The notes: generated by a model from the letters alone, not told the origin. DNA of 64,000 nucleotides from an uncultured Actinomycetes bacterium (GCA_963709345.1 CAVPVX010000007.1:704001-768000); one strand, 5' to 3'; shown: positions 38,772 through 49,283, counted from the first letter of the stretch. Translations and numbers: made by a program.

Positions 38772-39881
38772 CTAGAAGCGGCCGCCTGTCCAGGCGCCGG
38801 CGATCGACTCGTAGCGCACCACGGCTCCCGTGTGCGGCGCATGGATCATCTGCCCGCCGCCCACGTAGATTCCGACGTGCCGGCTGAAGCTGCTGCTGCC
38901 GAAGAACACGAGATCGCCCGGCCTGAGGACTCCGAGCGCGACGGGCGCGCTCGCCTGCTGCTGCAGGGTCGCGCCGTGCGCAAGGCCGACGCCCACCTGG
39001 GCGTAGCAGTACATCGTGAGGCCTGAGCAATCGAAGCCGCTCGGGCTCGCGCCGCCCCAGACGTAGGGAACGCCGAGATAGCGCTGCGCGATCGCGACCA
39101 CGGCCGGATGGCCGGCGCCAGCCGGCCGCGAGCCGCCGCTGGAAGAACTGCCGCTCGAGCCGGATGAGGAGGAACCGTCGTCCGACGAAGTCGAGGCCAC
39201 GGCATCGGCGGCGGCCGTTTCGGCGGCAGCCTCCGCGGCGGCCGCTCTGGCGGCTGCCGCCTCCCTCGCCTCGAGCTCCGCGATCTCGCCCTCGAGGCCG
39301 CTCGCCACGCCTTGGAGCCGGGACTGAAGAGCGACGACCTCGTCCCTTGTCTCCCTGCGCCGGTCGACCAGCTTCTCGGCGGCCCTCCGGTCCAGCACAA
39401 GCGCGAGACGGCGATCGCGGACCTCGCGGCGGCGCGCCGCCGCGGCGGCCGTAGCGGCGGCATCGCTCTCTCCGACACGCGCCATCATCGAGACCTGTAC
39501 GACGAGGTCGTTGAAGCTGTGCGACGAGAGCGCGACGTCGATGAAGCTCACGTCAGGCGCCATGTAGAGCTGGCGGGCACGCGCCGCGAGTTGCTCGGTG
39601 GCCTCGCTCAGCTCGCGCTCCGCGACCGTGAGCAGCGCCCGGTTGCGCTCCATCTTGGCCCGCGCCTCGCGCAGCCGGCCGGTCGCCTCGTTGTACTGCT
39701 CGACGGCGACGTCCGCGCGTTCGTGGATGGCGTCGAGCTCCGCCTTGACGGCCTGGAGACGAGCCTCCTTGACCGAGAGGGGCGAGGCCTGGGCCGAAGA
39801 GCAGACGCCGGCAAGCGACGCAAGAACGGCGATGCCGGCCACGCCGAGGAGGCAGGCCCAGCGTTTGGCGCACATCTGCAT
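38772..39881 (-). CDS. NlpC/P60 peptidoglycan endopeptidase with coiled coil (CwlO/RipA-like)
   Basis: Signal peptide, coiled coil, Ser-rich linker, YLGVPYVWGGASPSGFDCSG, HVGIY and MIHAP. Confidence 0.93.
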   Translation of the reverse strand: MQMCAKRWACLLGVAGIAVLASLAGVCSSAQASPLSVKEARLQAVKAELDAIHERADVAVEQYNEATGRLREARAKMERNRALLTVAERELSEATEQLAARARQLYMAPDVSFIDVALSSHSFNDLVVQVSMMARVGESDAAATAAAAARRREVRDRRLALVLDRRAAEKLVDRRRETRDEVVALQSRLQGVASGLEGEIAELEAREAAAARAAAAEAAAETAAADAVASTSSDDGSSSSGSSGSSSSGGSRPAGAGHPAVVAIAQRYLGVPYVWGGASPSGFDCSGLTMYCYAQVGVGLAHGATLQQQASAPVALGVLRPGDLVFFGSSSFSRHVGIYVGGGQMIHAPHTGAVVRYESIAGAWTGGRF

Positions 39882-40238
39882 CGCCTCCTTGGCGGCGCGG
39901 CTGGGGCTGCGGCCCGCCTCTCACGGCAGACTCGCAGAGCCGGCCATCGATCACCGGGCAGATGACCGTCTTCCCCGCGACCGTGCCGATACCTGCGCGT
40001 CTGCCGTCTTCGCGCACCCATTCCGATCACCGCCACCGTGCTCGTCGCTGTCGCCTTGACATGCGCGCGGACTGGCAGGCCATGGGCGCAAGGGACGCGT
40101 GCGCCGCCACCGAGGTGCGACCCGTCACACGACGGGGCGGCTTCCCGGAACCCGAACGCCGGTCCTGCGCCACAAGGGTTTCCCACAGCCACGCGGCGGG
40201 GACGTGTACCTAGTCTGTCCGCGAAGAGGAGGTGCCTG

Positions 40239-40931
40239 GTGGAAGCGGTGACGGTCGATCTCAAGCTGGAGCAGCAGGCCTCGCTGGCGAGGCCGCGACA
40301 CGCCTACTCCTCCGTGGCGCAGCTGTTCTTTCGCTCCATGGATGTGCTTGCAGGCGATGAGACGACCCTTGCCAAGGCGAAGCTCATCGAGGCGCTCGCC
40401 TCGATCCCGTACCGGGCCTGGGAGAACCGCCAGTACCGGCGTCTCACGAGGCACTATGCAGACGAGGCGCTCGTGCGGCAGGCAGGCGCCATCATGAGCT
40501 GGGGTCGCGAGGCGCAGGACAACGAGTACATGCACCTGCTCGTCATCAACGAGAAGCTCAAGGAAGACGCCGCGAAGGACCCGATCTACCTGACGACGCC
40601 GCTCCCATCCCTGGCGGTCGGGTCCTATGCCCTGCTCTCGCGGACGCTGGCGCGCGCCGCCATCCGCCAGGCGTTTCTCTTCAACGCCGAGTTCGAAGAC
40701 CACGCCGAGCACTACTACGCGGAGCTGGTGGATCAGCACCCGGAGTGGGAGGACCAGCCCGTCACCAGCGGACTGGTGCGAGAGTACGGGTCCTTCCGCT
40801 CCTGGGCGGATGTGTTCCGCCGCGTCGGTCTCGACGAGCGCGACCACAGAAACGCCAGCTTCGCCTTCGCCGGCAGACCCGAGTTCATCGTCAGGTACGC
40901 AGGGATGCCGGCGGCTCCCGGCCCGGCCTGA
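40239..40931 (+). CDS. Alternative-oxidase-like (ferritin-like diiron) protein
   Basis: IEALAS, DNEYMHL, EFEDHAEHYY and DERDH match the four iron-binding motifs of the AOX family; GAGGAGG RBS. Confidence 0.75.
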   Translation: MEAVTVDLKLEQQASLARPRHAYSSVAQLFFRSMDVLAGDETTLAKAKLIEALASIPYRAWENRQYRRLTRHYADEALVRQAGAIMSWGREAQDNEYMHLLVINEKLKEDAAKDPIYLTTPLPSLAVGSYALLSRTLARAAIRQAFLFNAEFEDHAEHYYAELVDQHPEWEDQPVTSGLVREYGSFRSWADVFRRVGLDERDHRNASFAFAGRPEFIVRYAGMPAAPGPA

Positions 40932-41213
40932 CCGGCTGGAGGCGCCGCACGCGCTCCTCTGCCGGGTCGCCCCACACACGACCCGCACGAGCGTCGCGAG
41001 AGCCTCGTCAGGGCCGCGTCCGGACCTCCACCGACCACGCCTTGGCGGTCCCGGGAGTGGCGAGCAGCACGTGCTGCCGTCCAGACCGCCGATGCCCTGC
41101 TCGGGCGCGCCACGATCAATGCAGCCGACTCGGCCTTCGCGCCGGCCTCAGCGGTGATGGGCTCGCCTGCCACGAGGAAGGCGACTACCCCAGCGGTCGC
41201 CGCGCCGTGAGGC

Positions 41214-42068
41214 TCAGCCCACCGTGACCCACGTCAGAGCCGCAACGCCGACGAGGATCACCACCACGCCGGCCAGCTGCAGCCGCGTCAATCGCTCGTG
41301 CAGAAACACGTAGGCGGCCACGCTGGCGACGACGGCGAACTGAGACCCGAGGACGGCCGCGATGGCGACCGAGTCACGCGCGCCGACGGCGAAGCTGACA
41401 AACCCGAGCACCTCGGCGAGCCCGGTGAACACCACCAGAGGGAGCGCCGAACGAGAGAGCCTGAGCCGCCGCGACAGCGCCAGCGGGATGGTCACGACGG
41501 CCACGCCGACGAGGCGCGGCGGCAGCACCGCCCAGCCGACGGGGAGCGACGCGCTGAGATGCCCCGTCGCGAAGATGCCGACGCCGAACGACAGCGCCGC
41601 CAGCGCCGCCAGCCAGAAGGCGCCCGATCCCGACGTGCGCTGGTCGAGCGTCGGCTCATCGGGGGCCGCTCCCGCCAGCACGATGCCCAGCGCCACCATC
41701 GCCAGAAGCACGGCCGGAGCGACGCCGAGCGCCTCGCCGGTCGCCAGGGCCAGCACCGCCGCGATGGCGCCCTCGGTAGAGGCCACCGGCGTCACGATGC
41801 CGACCTTGCCGCGCCGCAGCGCCGTGTACGCCAGGAGCAGCCCCACGACGTTGCCGAGACCCGACACGAGCATCCACGCCATGTCGGCAGCGCCGAGGGA
41901 GCCGGGCCTCGGCTCGACCGCGATCACGGCGAGGTTCGCGATCAGCCCGATGAGCATCACCCACGCCACGACGGACCAGGCGCCGATCATGCGGCTGGAG
42001 CGGGCGGAGCAGAACGTGCCCAGCCCCCACGCCACGGCGGCCCCAAGCCCTCCCAGGAGGGCGATCAC
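41214..42068 (-). CDS. EamA/DMT family transporter
   Basis: About 10 TM segments in two repeats; FLHERLTRLQLAGV. Confidence 0.88.
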   Translation of the reverse strand: MIALLGGLGAAVAWGLGTFCSARSSRMIGAWSVVAWVMLIGLIANLAVIAVEPRPGSLGAADMAWMLVSGLGNVVGLLLAYTALRRGKVGIVTPVASTEGAIAAVLALATGEALGVAPAVLLAMVALGIVLAGAAPDEPTLDQRTSGSGAFWLAALAALSFGVGIFATGHLSASLPVGWAVLPPRLVGVAVVTIPLALSRRLRLSRSALPLVVFTGLAEVLGFVSFAVGARDSVAIAAVLGSQFAVVASVAAYVFLHERLTRLQLAGVVVILVGVAALTWVTVG

Positions 42069-42491
42069 GCGTCAGCGTCTGATAGGGACGCAGCGACGGC
42101 GCGAGAGACGATGACCTCGCGATCCACCACGCCCTCCTTCCTGCGCTCCCGGACCACCTTGGCCGATCCGCCCGAGCTGCCTCCATCCCGAGGATCATGG
42201 GCCGCCACACAGCTGGATGAAGAGAGCGCGTCCGGTAGACGCCCGTATGCCTCGACAGCCCACCCGAGTCCGCCCTGCGGGATGCCGACGGACGCGAGGA
42301 TACTACGTTGTTCGGCAGCGTCTGCGTCGGCGACGGCCGGTGCGAACTCGAGCGCGGGAGGCACGACAGACGAGAAGGCACTCATCGGCGAGGCCGCCAA
42401 AGTGAGCGGCGGCGAGGACGAGATGGAGGTCGGCGTCCCGATGCTCGTCGTCGAGACGGTGTAGGTCAGGCGCCGCGGCGGGCCGGGTGCG

Positions 42492-42785
42492 TCAGCCTCT
42501 GCGGCCCCGGGGCCGGCGGCGCGGGCGCTGCACGCCCGGCGGCCGCGCCTTGTCCCACTCCTCGGGGTGGCCGTGGTCGCGCCGGTTCATGTGCGCGAAC
42601 AGGTCGCTGCGGCGCGGGAAGGCCTCGCCGCAGGTCGCGCAGCGAAACGTGATCGGCGTGCCGAGCCGCGCCTCTCCGCAGTCGTCGTGAGCCAGGCACA
42701 TGTGCGTGTCGAGCTCGCGCTTCGACCTGAGGGCAGCGCTGCAGAGAGCGCAGACGAAGGTCTTTGGAGGGGCGATCGCGGGCAC
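42492..42785 (-). CDS. Small protein with two C2H2 zinc fingers
   Basis: FVCALC..L..HMCLAH and FRCATCGEAF..L..HMNRRDH; AGGAAGG RBS. Confidence 0.75.
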   Translation of the reverse strand: MPAIAPPKTFVCALCSAALRSKRELDTHMCLAHDDCGEARLGTPITFRCATCGEAFPRRSDLFAHMNRRDHGHPEEWDKARPPGVQRPRRRPRGRRG

Positions 42786-43184
42786 CCGGCACCTTCCTCT
42801 CGACGACCTGACCGCAACGTGGCACTGCTGCTCCCGTCAGATCGCGACGGCACGGTGGTTCTGACAGCTTGTTCCCTCTATTCCCCGATTCGAGAAATAC
42901 AGCACCCCGCATCGGCCATGTCAGCGCCGCGCCTCGATCGCCGCCCGATCAGTTCGCACGCTTCCCAGAGCACGAACAGCGCCCCGGCCGGCGCACGCGA
43001 CGACACCCCGGCCGAAGGACGGCGGCAAGCCGGCGGACCTGTGCCCGCTCGGACGATGCCGATAGTGGGTTGTGGAACACTATTCGTGCTCCCATACTCG
43101 TGTGCAGGGCCCGACGCGCCCTGGTGGCGCCGCCGGCGCGGCGGACCGGCGCGGCCTCGGGCGGAATGCGGCACGGGCGATCAC

Positions 43185-44291
43185 ATGGTCTCAGTCCGGT
43201 ACGCGGGCACGCTCGCCCGCTTCATCCACAGAACCACGCTGTCTCCCGGCCGCCGCTGGTGGATCGGCGGAGCGGCCGTCCTCACCCTCGCGGCCGCGGC
43301 CCTCGGGGGCGACGACCTGGCCCGCATGGGCCGCTCCTTCGCCGGCGCCGACTGGCGATGGGCCGCAGTGGCCGGCGCGCTCACTCTGGCCTCGCTCGTG
43401 CTCCGCAGTCTCGTGCTCCAGACCATCGTCGGCGCTATCGGCGACGTTCGCGCCCGGTTCGGCGAGGCCTTCTCGGCCACGAGCATCGGCCAGCTGGCCA
43501 ACTCGCTCGTCCCCGTGCGCGTCGGCACCGTACTCTCTCCCTACGTGCTGTACGTGCTTCTGCGCCGGCGTGGCGCTCACTTGCCGTTCGCCACGTCGTT
43601 GGGCGTCACGCTCACGGAGCGGATGTTCGCCATCGCCACCTTTCTGGTGATGGCGCTCCTCTTCCTCTCGACTCTGTCCACGCCGGCGTGGGCGACCAAC
43701 ACGCTGCTGGTGAGCGCCGCCCTCATCGCCGTGCCGGTCATCGGAGGCATCGTCCTCGATGTGCGGCGCGAGAAGGTCGCGGAGGCGTGCGCGCATGGCG
43801 GCCCGCGCGTCAGGCGCATGGGCCGCTGGCTGCCGCAGCTCATCCAGAGCCAGCGCATCTGGGGCAGGCCCCTGGCGGCGCTGGCCGTCTCGGGCACCCA
43901 GATCCTGGCCTGGATCGCCCAGCTGGCCGCCGCGTTCGCCATGCTCCAGGCATTCCATCTTGGGGCGGCCGGGCTGCGCGGGGCCGCCCTCGTCGTCGTC
44001 CTCACGAACCTGATCAGCCTCGTCCCGGCGACGCCGGGGAACGTGGGCACCTTCCAGGTGGCCGCGGTCGCGGCGCTGGCGACGTACGGCGTGGCCGCCG
44101 GCCCGGCCCTGGCCTACGCGCTCGGCCTGCAGGCCCTGCAGCTCGTCGTGGGGGTCGTCGCCGGGCTCGGGGCGCTCAGCGTACAGGACATGACGCTCGC
44201 CGACATCGCCGGCCGCAGCCGCCAGGCAGCCGCTGCGCTCCGGACCCCCGAGCCGAGCGTCTCCGTCGCGGAAGGCCCCGCCGGAGGCTGA
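43185..44291 (+). CDS. Lysylphosphatidylglycerol synthase TM-region (UPF0104 flippase-like) protein
   Basis: IGQLANSLVPVRVG, ERMF and PATPGNVGTFQ. Confidence 0.85.
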   Translation: MVSVRYAGTLARFIHRTTLSPGRRWWIGGAAVLTLAAAALGGDDLARMGRSFAGADWRWAAVAGALTLASLVLRSLVLQTIVGAIGDVRARFGEAFSATSIGQLANSLVPVRVGTVLSPYVLYVLLRRRGAHLPFATSLGVTLTERMFAIATFLVMALLFLSTLSTPAWATNTLLVSAALIAVPVIGGIVLDVRREKVAEACAHGGPRVRRMGRWLPQLIQSQRIWGRPLAALAVSGTQILAWIAQLAAAFAMLQAFHLGAAGLRGAALVVVLTNLISLVPATPGNVGTFQVAAVAALATYGVAAGPALAYALGLQALQLVVGVVAGLGALSVQDMTLADIAGRSRQAAAALRTPEPSVSVAEGPAGG

Positions 44292-44347
44292 GCCGGCCGT
44301 GCGGACACGCTCGGCCGCGGCCCGACGGACGGAGCGGCGGCGGTCGC

Positions 44348-44647
44348 TCAGCCCGTCGTCCCGGAGCGGCGCCTGAAGAGCATCGCCGCGACGACCACCG
44401 AGACGACAACCGCGCCGGCGACGGGCACGGCGACGGCGACCTTGCCCCTGGCCGCCGCGGCGCGCCGCCGGCCGGCGTCCAGCGCCTCGTCGAGGTCGCG
44501 GCGCAGCGCGGTGAACGACTGCTCCAGCCCGTCGCGCTCCTTCTCGATGTCGGCCAGTATCTGCCCGCGCGGGCGCGCAGGCGCCGTGGCCTCTTCGGCC
44601 GGCGGCGCCACGGCCTCGGCGTCGGCGCCTGGGGTCTCGGTTCTCAT
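44348..44647 (-). CDS. DUF3618-like protein
   Basis: QILADIEKERDGLEQSFTAL plus C-terminal TM; usual partner of a DUF1469 gene. Confidence 0.65.
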   Translation of the reverse strand: MRTETPGADAEAVAPPAEEATAPARPRGQILADIEKERDGLEQSFTALRRDLDEALDAGRRRAAAARGKVAVAVPVAGAVVVSVVVAAMLFRRRSGTTG

Positions 44648-45165
44648 GCTTCCTCCCGTCCCGTGTCCGATCGCGGCGCGGACGCCGGCGCGCCGGGGGT
44701 CGCTTCCCGCCCGGCGCCGGGCGCCGCCGCCGGCGGCCTCCGCCCCGGCATGACCCCGGCGCGGACGCCGGCAGTCGTGCCGCGCGCGTGCGCCTTGATG
44801 AGCGCGGCCGTCGCCTGCGCCTCCGCCAGGGCGTTGTCGGGCGGCACCTCCTGGAGCTTCTGGATCTGGCTGCGGCCGACCAGCACGAGGATCGTGATGA
44901 CGAGGACGAGCGACAGCGTCACGATCAGCAGTGACAGCCACAGCGGCAGGACGAGCGCCAGGGCGACGGCGATCGTCGCCAGGGCGAAGCCGACGGCATA
45001 CAGAGCGATCAGACCGGCGCCGGCGAAGACGCCGACCGCCGTCCCGAGCTGAAGCCCCTTGACCTTGAGCTCACTGCGCAGCAGCTCGAGGTGGAGCTGC
45101 GCGAGCCGCCGCCCTCGCGTACGGATGTCGTTGACCGACTCGGCCAGGCGCTGCTGCGACTGCAT
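44644..45165 (-). CDS. Phage_holin_3_6 (DUF1469) family membrane protein
   Basis: LHLELLRSELK and two TM helices with LPLWLSLLIV. Confidence 0.8.
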   Translation of the reverse strand: MQSQQRLAESVNDIRTRGRRLAQLHLELLRSELKVKGLQLGTAVGVFAGAGLIALYAVGFALATIAVALALVLPLWLSLLIVTLSLVLVITILVLVGRSQIQKLQEVPPDNALAEAQATAALIKAHARGTTAGVRAGVMPGRRPPAAAPGAGREATPGAPASAPRSDTGREEA

Positions 45166-45403
45166 CCCCCCACCTCCCCTGGTGCATCACCGAGGCCGGG
45201 CCGGCCCGGCGGCTACGCGAGCAGTATAGGGCCACTGTGACAACGCGCAACGGTCCTGGCGCCGGCGAAAGGCGCCCGCCCCGTCCAGTCCTTCCACGCG
45301 GCCCGGCGGTCCGCCCGGCGGGAGGCTCGAGCGACCTCCGCGCGGTAGAGTGGACCCAACCAACGTCGGCGGACTTGAAGTGGACACCGAAGGGAGTGAG
45401 CCC

Positions 45404-46873
45404 ATGAAGCGCAATCTCCAGGCGGGCGTGCGGCGCAACGCCGGCGCTCGCTTTGAGGTCTTCAGCGAAGCGGACCTCGACGACATCCATCGCGCCACAC
45501 TGGAGGTGCTCGAGCGCACCGGTGTGTTCGTGGAGAGTGACGACGCGCTCGACGTGTACGCCGACGGCGGCTGCCGCGTCGATCGCGAGACCAAGACCGT
45601 GAGGTTCCCGCCGCACATCATCGAGGACGCCATCCGCTCGTCACCGAGCAGCGTGCGGCTCTGCGGGCGGGTGCCGGAGAACGACATCATGCTCGAGGGC
45701 GGCCGGGTCGGCTTCACCAACTTCAGCGCCGGCATCATGGTCCTCGACCCGCGGACCGACGAGCACCGCCAGTCCACCGGGCAGGACGTCGCGGATCTCG
45801 CACGCATGACCGATTACCTCAGCGAGATCGACACGTACGAGCACTCCGTCGAGAGCCGCGAGTCGTCGCAGGACACGCTGGCCGTGCGCGACGCGGCCAT
45901 CGGCCTCGCGAACACGACCAAGTGCGTCGGCACCGGGGCGCTCTCGACGGACGACGTCGAGGCCATCGTGCGCATGGGCGCCGCCGTGGCCGGCGGCGAG
46001 GACAAGCTCCGCGAGCGGCCGCTCGTCTACTTCTGCGAGTGCCCCGTCAGCCCGCTGAAGCTCACGCGCGACGCGGCCGAGGTCATCATGGGCGCCGCCC
46101 GCCACGGCCTCCCGAACAACGTCATCTCCATGGCGATGTCCGGCGCGACCTCCCCGGTCACCTTGGCCGGCACGCTCGTCACGCACAACTGCGAGGTGCT
46201 CTCGAGCATCACCCTCGCGCAGCTCACCGAGCGTGGGGCGCCCAGCATCTACGGCTCGTCGACGACGACCATGGACCTGCGGCTCGCGACGGCCTCCGTG
46301 GGCTCGCCCGAGCTCGGCTTGCTCAGCGCCGGCGTGGCCCAGCTCGCACAGCGCTACCTGCTGCCGAGCTTCGTGGCCGGGTTGTAGGCAGACTCCAAGC
46401 TCGGTGACGTGCAGACCGGTCACGAGAAGACGATGACCGCCCTCATGGCAGCGTTGGCAGGCGCCAACCTGATCTACGGGGCGGGAATGACCGAGTCGGG
46501 CGTCACCTTCGATTACGCGCAGTACGTGCTCGACAACGAGATCGCGACCATGGTCAAGCGCGCGGTCGGCGGCATTCCCGTCAGCGACGAGGATCTGGCC
46601 GTCGACGACATCCACAAGGTCGGGTCGTTCGGCCACTATCTGGGCCTCCCGGCGACCCGCAAGCGCGGGCGCGAGCTCAGCCAGCCCAAGCTTCTTGACC
46701 GCCGCGGTCGCGAAGGTTGGGAGGCCACGGGCTCCGTGGACGCCTACTCCGCCGCCAAGGAGGCGGCGAAGCAGATCCTCGAAGAGTACCGGCCGGAGCC
46801 GCTCTCGAGCGACGTCGCCGACGAGATCCAGGCGATCCTGCACGAAACGGAGGAGCGGCGCGGCGTCTCGTGA
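45404..46873 (+). CDS. mttB: Trimethylamine:corrinoid methyltransferase with in-frame TAG (46385-46387, codon 328), predicted pyrrolysine
   Basis: CPVSPL, SMAMSGATSPVTLAG and YGSSTT; the reading frame continues LPSFVAGL-TAG-ADSKLGDVQTGHEKT in frame to 46873, matching the Pyl position of MttB. Confidence 0.9.
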
Positions 46874-46891
46874 CGTCACGGGCGGCGGGGT

Positions 46892-47908
46892 CTACCCCCC
46901 GCCGCCCACCGCGGTCTCGAAGTCGATGCGCGTCTCGGGGACGACCTCGAGCGTGATGGGCATGTCGAACACGCGGCCGCGCAGCGCCTCCTGCAGCGGT
47001 TGTGACGACGGAAGACCGCCCTGGCCGGCCACGACGATCCGCAGACGGTCGTCGACGACCTCCACAGACACGAGCCGGAAGTCGCTCCCCTCCAGCCACG
47101 CAGTGGCGGCCTCGGTCGAGCGCTGGTCGATCAACGTGTTGATGATCGACGACAAGCTCGTCGCCGCCAGCGGGACGATGATGAGGACGCCCAGCACGAT
47201 CGCGAGCGCGAGCGCGGTCACCCTGGCGCGCTTCGACTGCTCGGCGAGGTAGGCGCGCGGATACCCCATGATCCAGAACATGAACGCCCCGGTCAGCAGG
47301 ATGGCGAGGTAGTTGGTGACGAACAGCAGCAGGCTGCCCAGAGCGAGGTCGTAGTTCTTCGTCGCGAGCAAGACGCCGACGTTGGAAAGTGGAGGCACCA
47401 GAGAGATCGCGATGGCCACGCCCGGCAGCGTGTCGGAGACGTCCTTGCGCCCGGTCGCGAAGGCGCCGGCGAGCCCGGTGGCCAGCGCGGCCAGCAGATC
47501 GATCAGTCGCGGTGAAGTGCGGCTCATGATCTGGGAGTTCGCCTCGACGTCGATGATGGAGCTGAAGCCGCGCGTGAGCGCGAAGCCCACCGCGACCGCC
47601 GTGCCGATGCCGAGGAGGGAGATCGTGAGCGACCGGCCGATCGCCCGCCGGTCTCCCAGGCTCACACTGAACGCCAGCCCCATGATGGGGAGCATCAACG
47701 GCGCGACGATCATCGCGCCGATCACCGTGGCGACGGAGTCGGCGAGCAGGCCGTACGTGGCGATCGCCGAGGCCAGCACGAGGAGCATGAAGAAGCGCCA
47801 GATCTTGCGCCTCTGCTCGGGCTGCTCGAACAGCAGCACGTCCCTCACGCGCCGCAGCTCTCCGTCGTCGACCCTGCCACCGTGGAAGAACTCGTTGAAC
47901 GCGCTCAC
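46892..47908 (-). CDS. DUF389 (TIGR00341-like) membrane protein
   Basis: SVATVIGAMIVAPLMLPI, SRTSP and LPGVAIAISLVPPL. Confidence 0.9.
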   Translation of the reverse strand: MSAFNEFFHGGRVDDGELRRVRDVLLFEQPEQRRKIWRFFMLLVLASAIATYGLLADSVATVIGAMIVAPLMLPIMGLAFSVSLGDRRAIGRSLTISLLGIGTAVAVGFALTRGFSSIIDVEANSQIMSRTSPRLIDLLAALATGLAGAFATGRKDVSDTLPGVAIAISLVPPLSNVGVLLATKNYDLALGSLLLFVTNYLAILLTGAFMFWIMGYPRAYLAEQSKRARVTALALAIVLGVLIIVPLAATSLSSIINTLIDQRSTEAATAWLEGSDFRLVSVEVVDDRLRIVVAGQGGLPSSQPLQEALRGRVFDMPITLEVVPETRIDFETAVGGGG

Positions 47909-48194
47909 GTCGCCCCCTCGTCTCAGCCGGCGCGTCCGGCGTGTCCGGACTCCGGCGCCTTCGCCACTGCGGCGACATGTTCGCACAGACGCGTCGATTA
48001 TGGGAGGCGAAGGACTCCTGGAGCGGAGTGCCCGGGTGGGCACAGCAAAGCACCAGATCGCACGTCCGCGGCCACGTGAGAGCGCCCGGGACAGGGCGGC
48101 AGGGGGCGGGTGTGACATGGAGTCGGAGTTGCGCTCAAGGCCGCAGCGGCGAGCAGCCTCGCCGCCCGGCGCACTGCGGCGCGCCGGGGCGCGG

Positions 48195-49283
48195 TCAGGC
48201 GGCGCCGGTCGTCAGCCTCGCCTCGAGCGCCGGGAACGCCCCCACCACCATGTCGACGAGCCGGTCCGTCGGCCGCGTCAGCGCGTCAGTGGCCGGGACG
48301 CCGAGCTCGAGCTCGTAGAGGATGATCGCGGCGCTGACCTCGGCGTCGGTCATGTCCTCATGGTTGATGGTGAGGCCGATGACCGGCGTGCCGGCGAACG
48401 CCCGCAGGAGGGCGATCTCACTCGCCGCGGTCGGCGTCGGCACCAGGGGGAAGTCGCCCAGCATCTTGCGCGCCGGCGCGTGCTGCAGGATGACCGCGTC
48501 GGGCCGGGCGCCTCTGAGGATGAAGGTCGACGACAGGTAGGCGGGATGACTCAGCGCGCCCTGCCCCTCGATGACGATCACGTCGGGGTGCTCGGCCTCG
48601 AACGCTTCCACCACCGTGGCCTCCACTTCGCCCGAGCAGTACTGGCACGGGATGGCGTCGAGCGCGACCCCGTAGCGCGCGCCCTGGATGAGCCCGGTCT
48701 GGCCGGTGCCGACCATGACCGCCTTGATCCCGCGCTCATTGAGCGCACGCGTCAGGACGACGGCGGTCGTGCGCTTACCGACGGCGCCGTCGGTGCCGAG
48801 CACGGCGACGCGCGGGCAGGCCACCTCGTCGATGGCGCCGGTGAACATGCGCAGGTCTCTCTTCGCGCGCGGGCGGCGCACGTCGAGGATCCGCACGCCG
48901 TGCGTCGCCGCAGCCGCCGCGAACTCCGCGTCGTCGTTCAGGAACTCGTGCAGGCCGTTGACGATGTGCATGCCGCGGCGCATCGCATCGAGCACGACAT
49001 CGCGCTGGTGAGCAGAGAGCAGGCCGCTGAGCGGCGCCACGCCGAGGATGAAGTAGTCGGGAACGCGACCCGCGAGCGCGATGGCGTCCACGAGGTCGGC
49101 ACAGATGGGAATTCCGTTCGGAGCGTCGTCGAGAAACGCTCCGGCGTCGAGACCCGCCTTGGCGCTGTCGATCACCGAGAGGATCTCGTACTTCTCGGAA
49201 TGACGGACCAAGCCGTTGGCGGTCTTGCCGTCGGGGGTGCCGAAGAACCCTTCGGAGTACACGACCGCGGTCTTGCTCATCAT
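48195..49283 (-). CDS. DUF1611 family protein (DgcN-like N-acetyltransferase)
   Basis: GKTANGL, NGLHEFL, GTDGAVGKRTT, TGQTG and EGQGALSHP. Confidence 0.9.
   Translation of the reverse strand: MMSKTAVVYSEGFFGTPDGKTANGLVRHSEKYEILSVIDSAKAGLDAGAFLDDAPNGIPICADLVDAIALAGRVPDYFILGVAPLSGLLSAHQRDVVLDAMRRGMHIVNGLHEFLNDDAEFAAAAATHGVRILDVRRPRAKRDLRMFTGAIDEVACPRVAVLGTDGAVGKRTTAVVLTRALNERGIKAVMVGTGQTGLIQGARYGVALDAIPCQYCSGEVEATVVEAFEAEHPDVIVIEGQGALSHPAYLSSTFILRGARPDAVILQHAPARKMLGDFPLVPTPTAASEIALLRAFAGTPVIGLTINHEDMTDAEVSAAIILYELELGVPATDALTRPTDRLVDMVVGAFPALEARLTTGAA

Noticed and set aside
42065-42464. Short ORFs between the EamA and C2H2 genes
   Set aside because: No convincing RBS or family motif on either strand; possibly a gene remnant
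44644-45165. Holin as evidence of a prophage
   Set aside because: DUF1469/DUF3618 pairs are ordinary chromosomal actinobacterial genes; no phage genes nearby
45350-46873. mttB as two genes or an ordinary nonsense pseudogene
   Set aside because: Both halves are in one frame, show no other decay, and the single TAG falls at the known Pyl position
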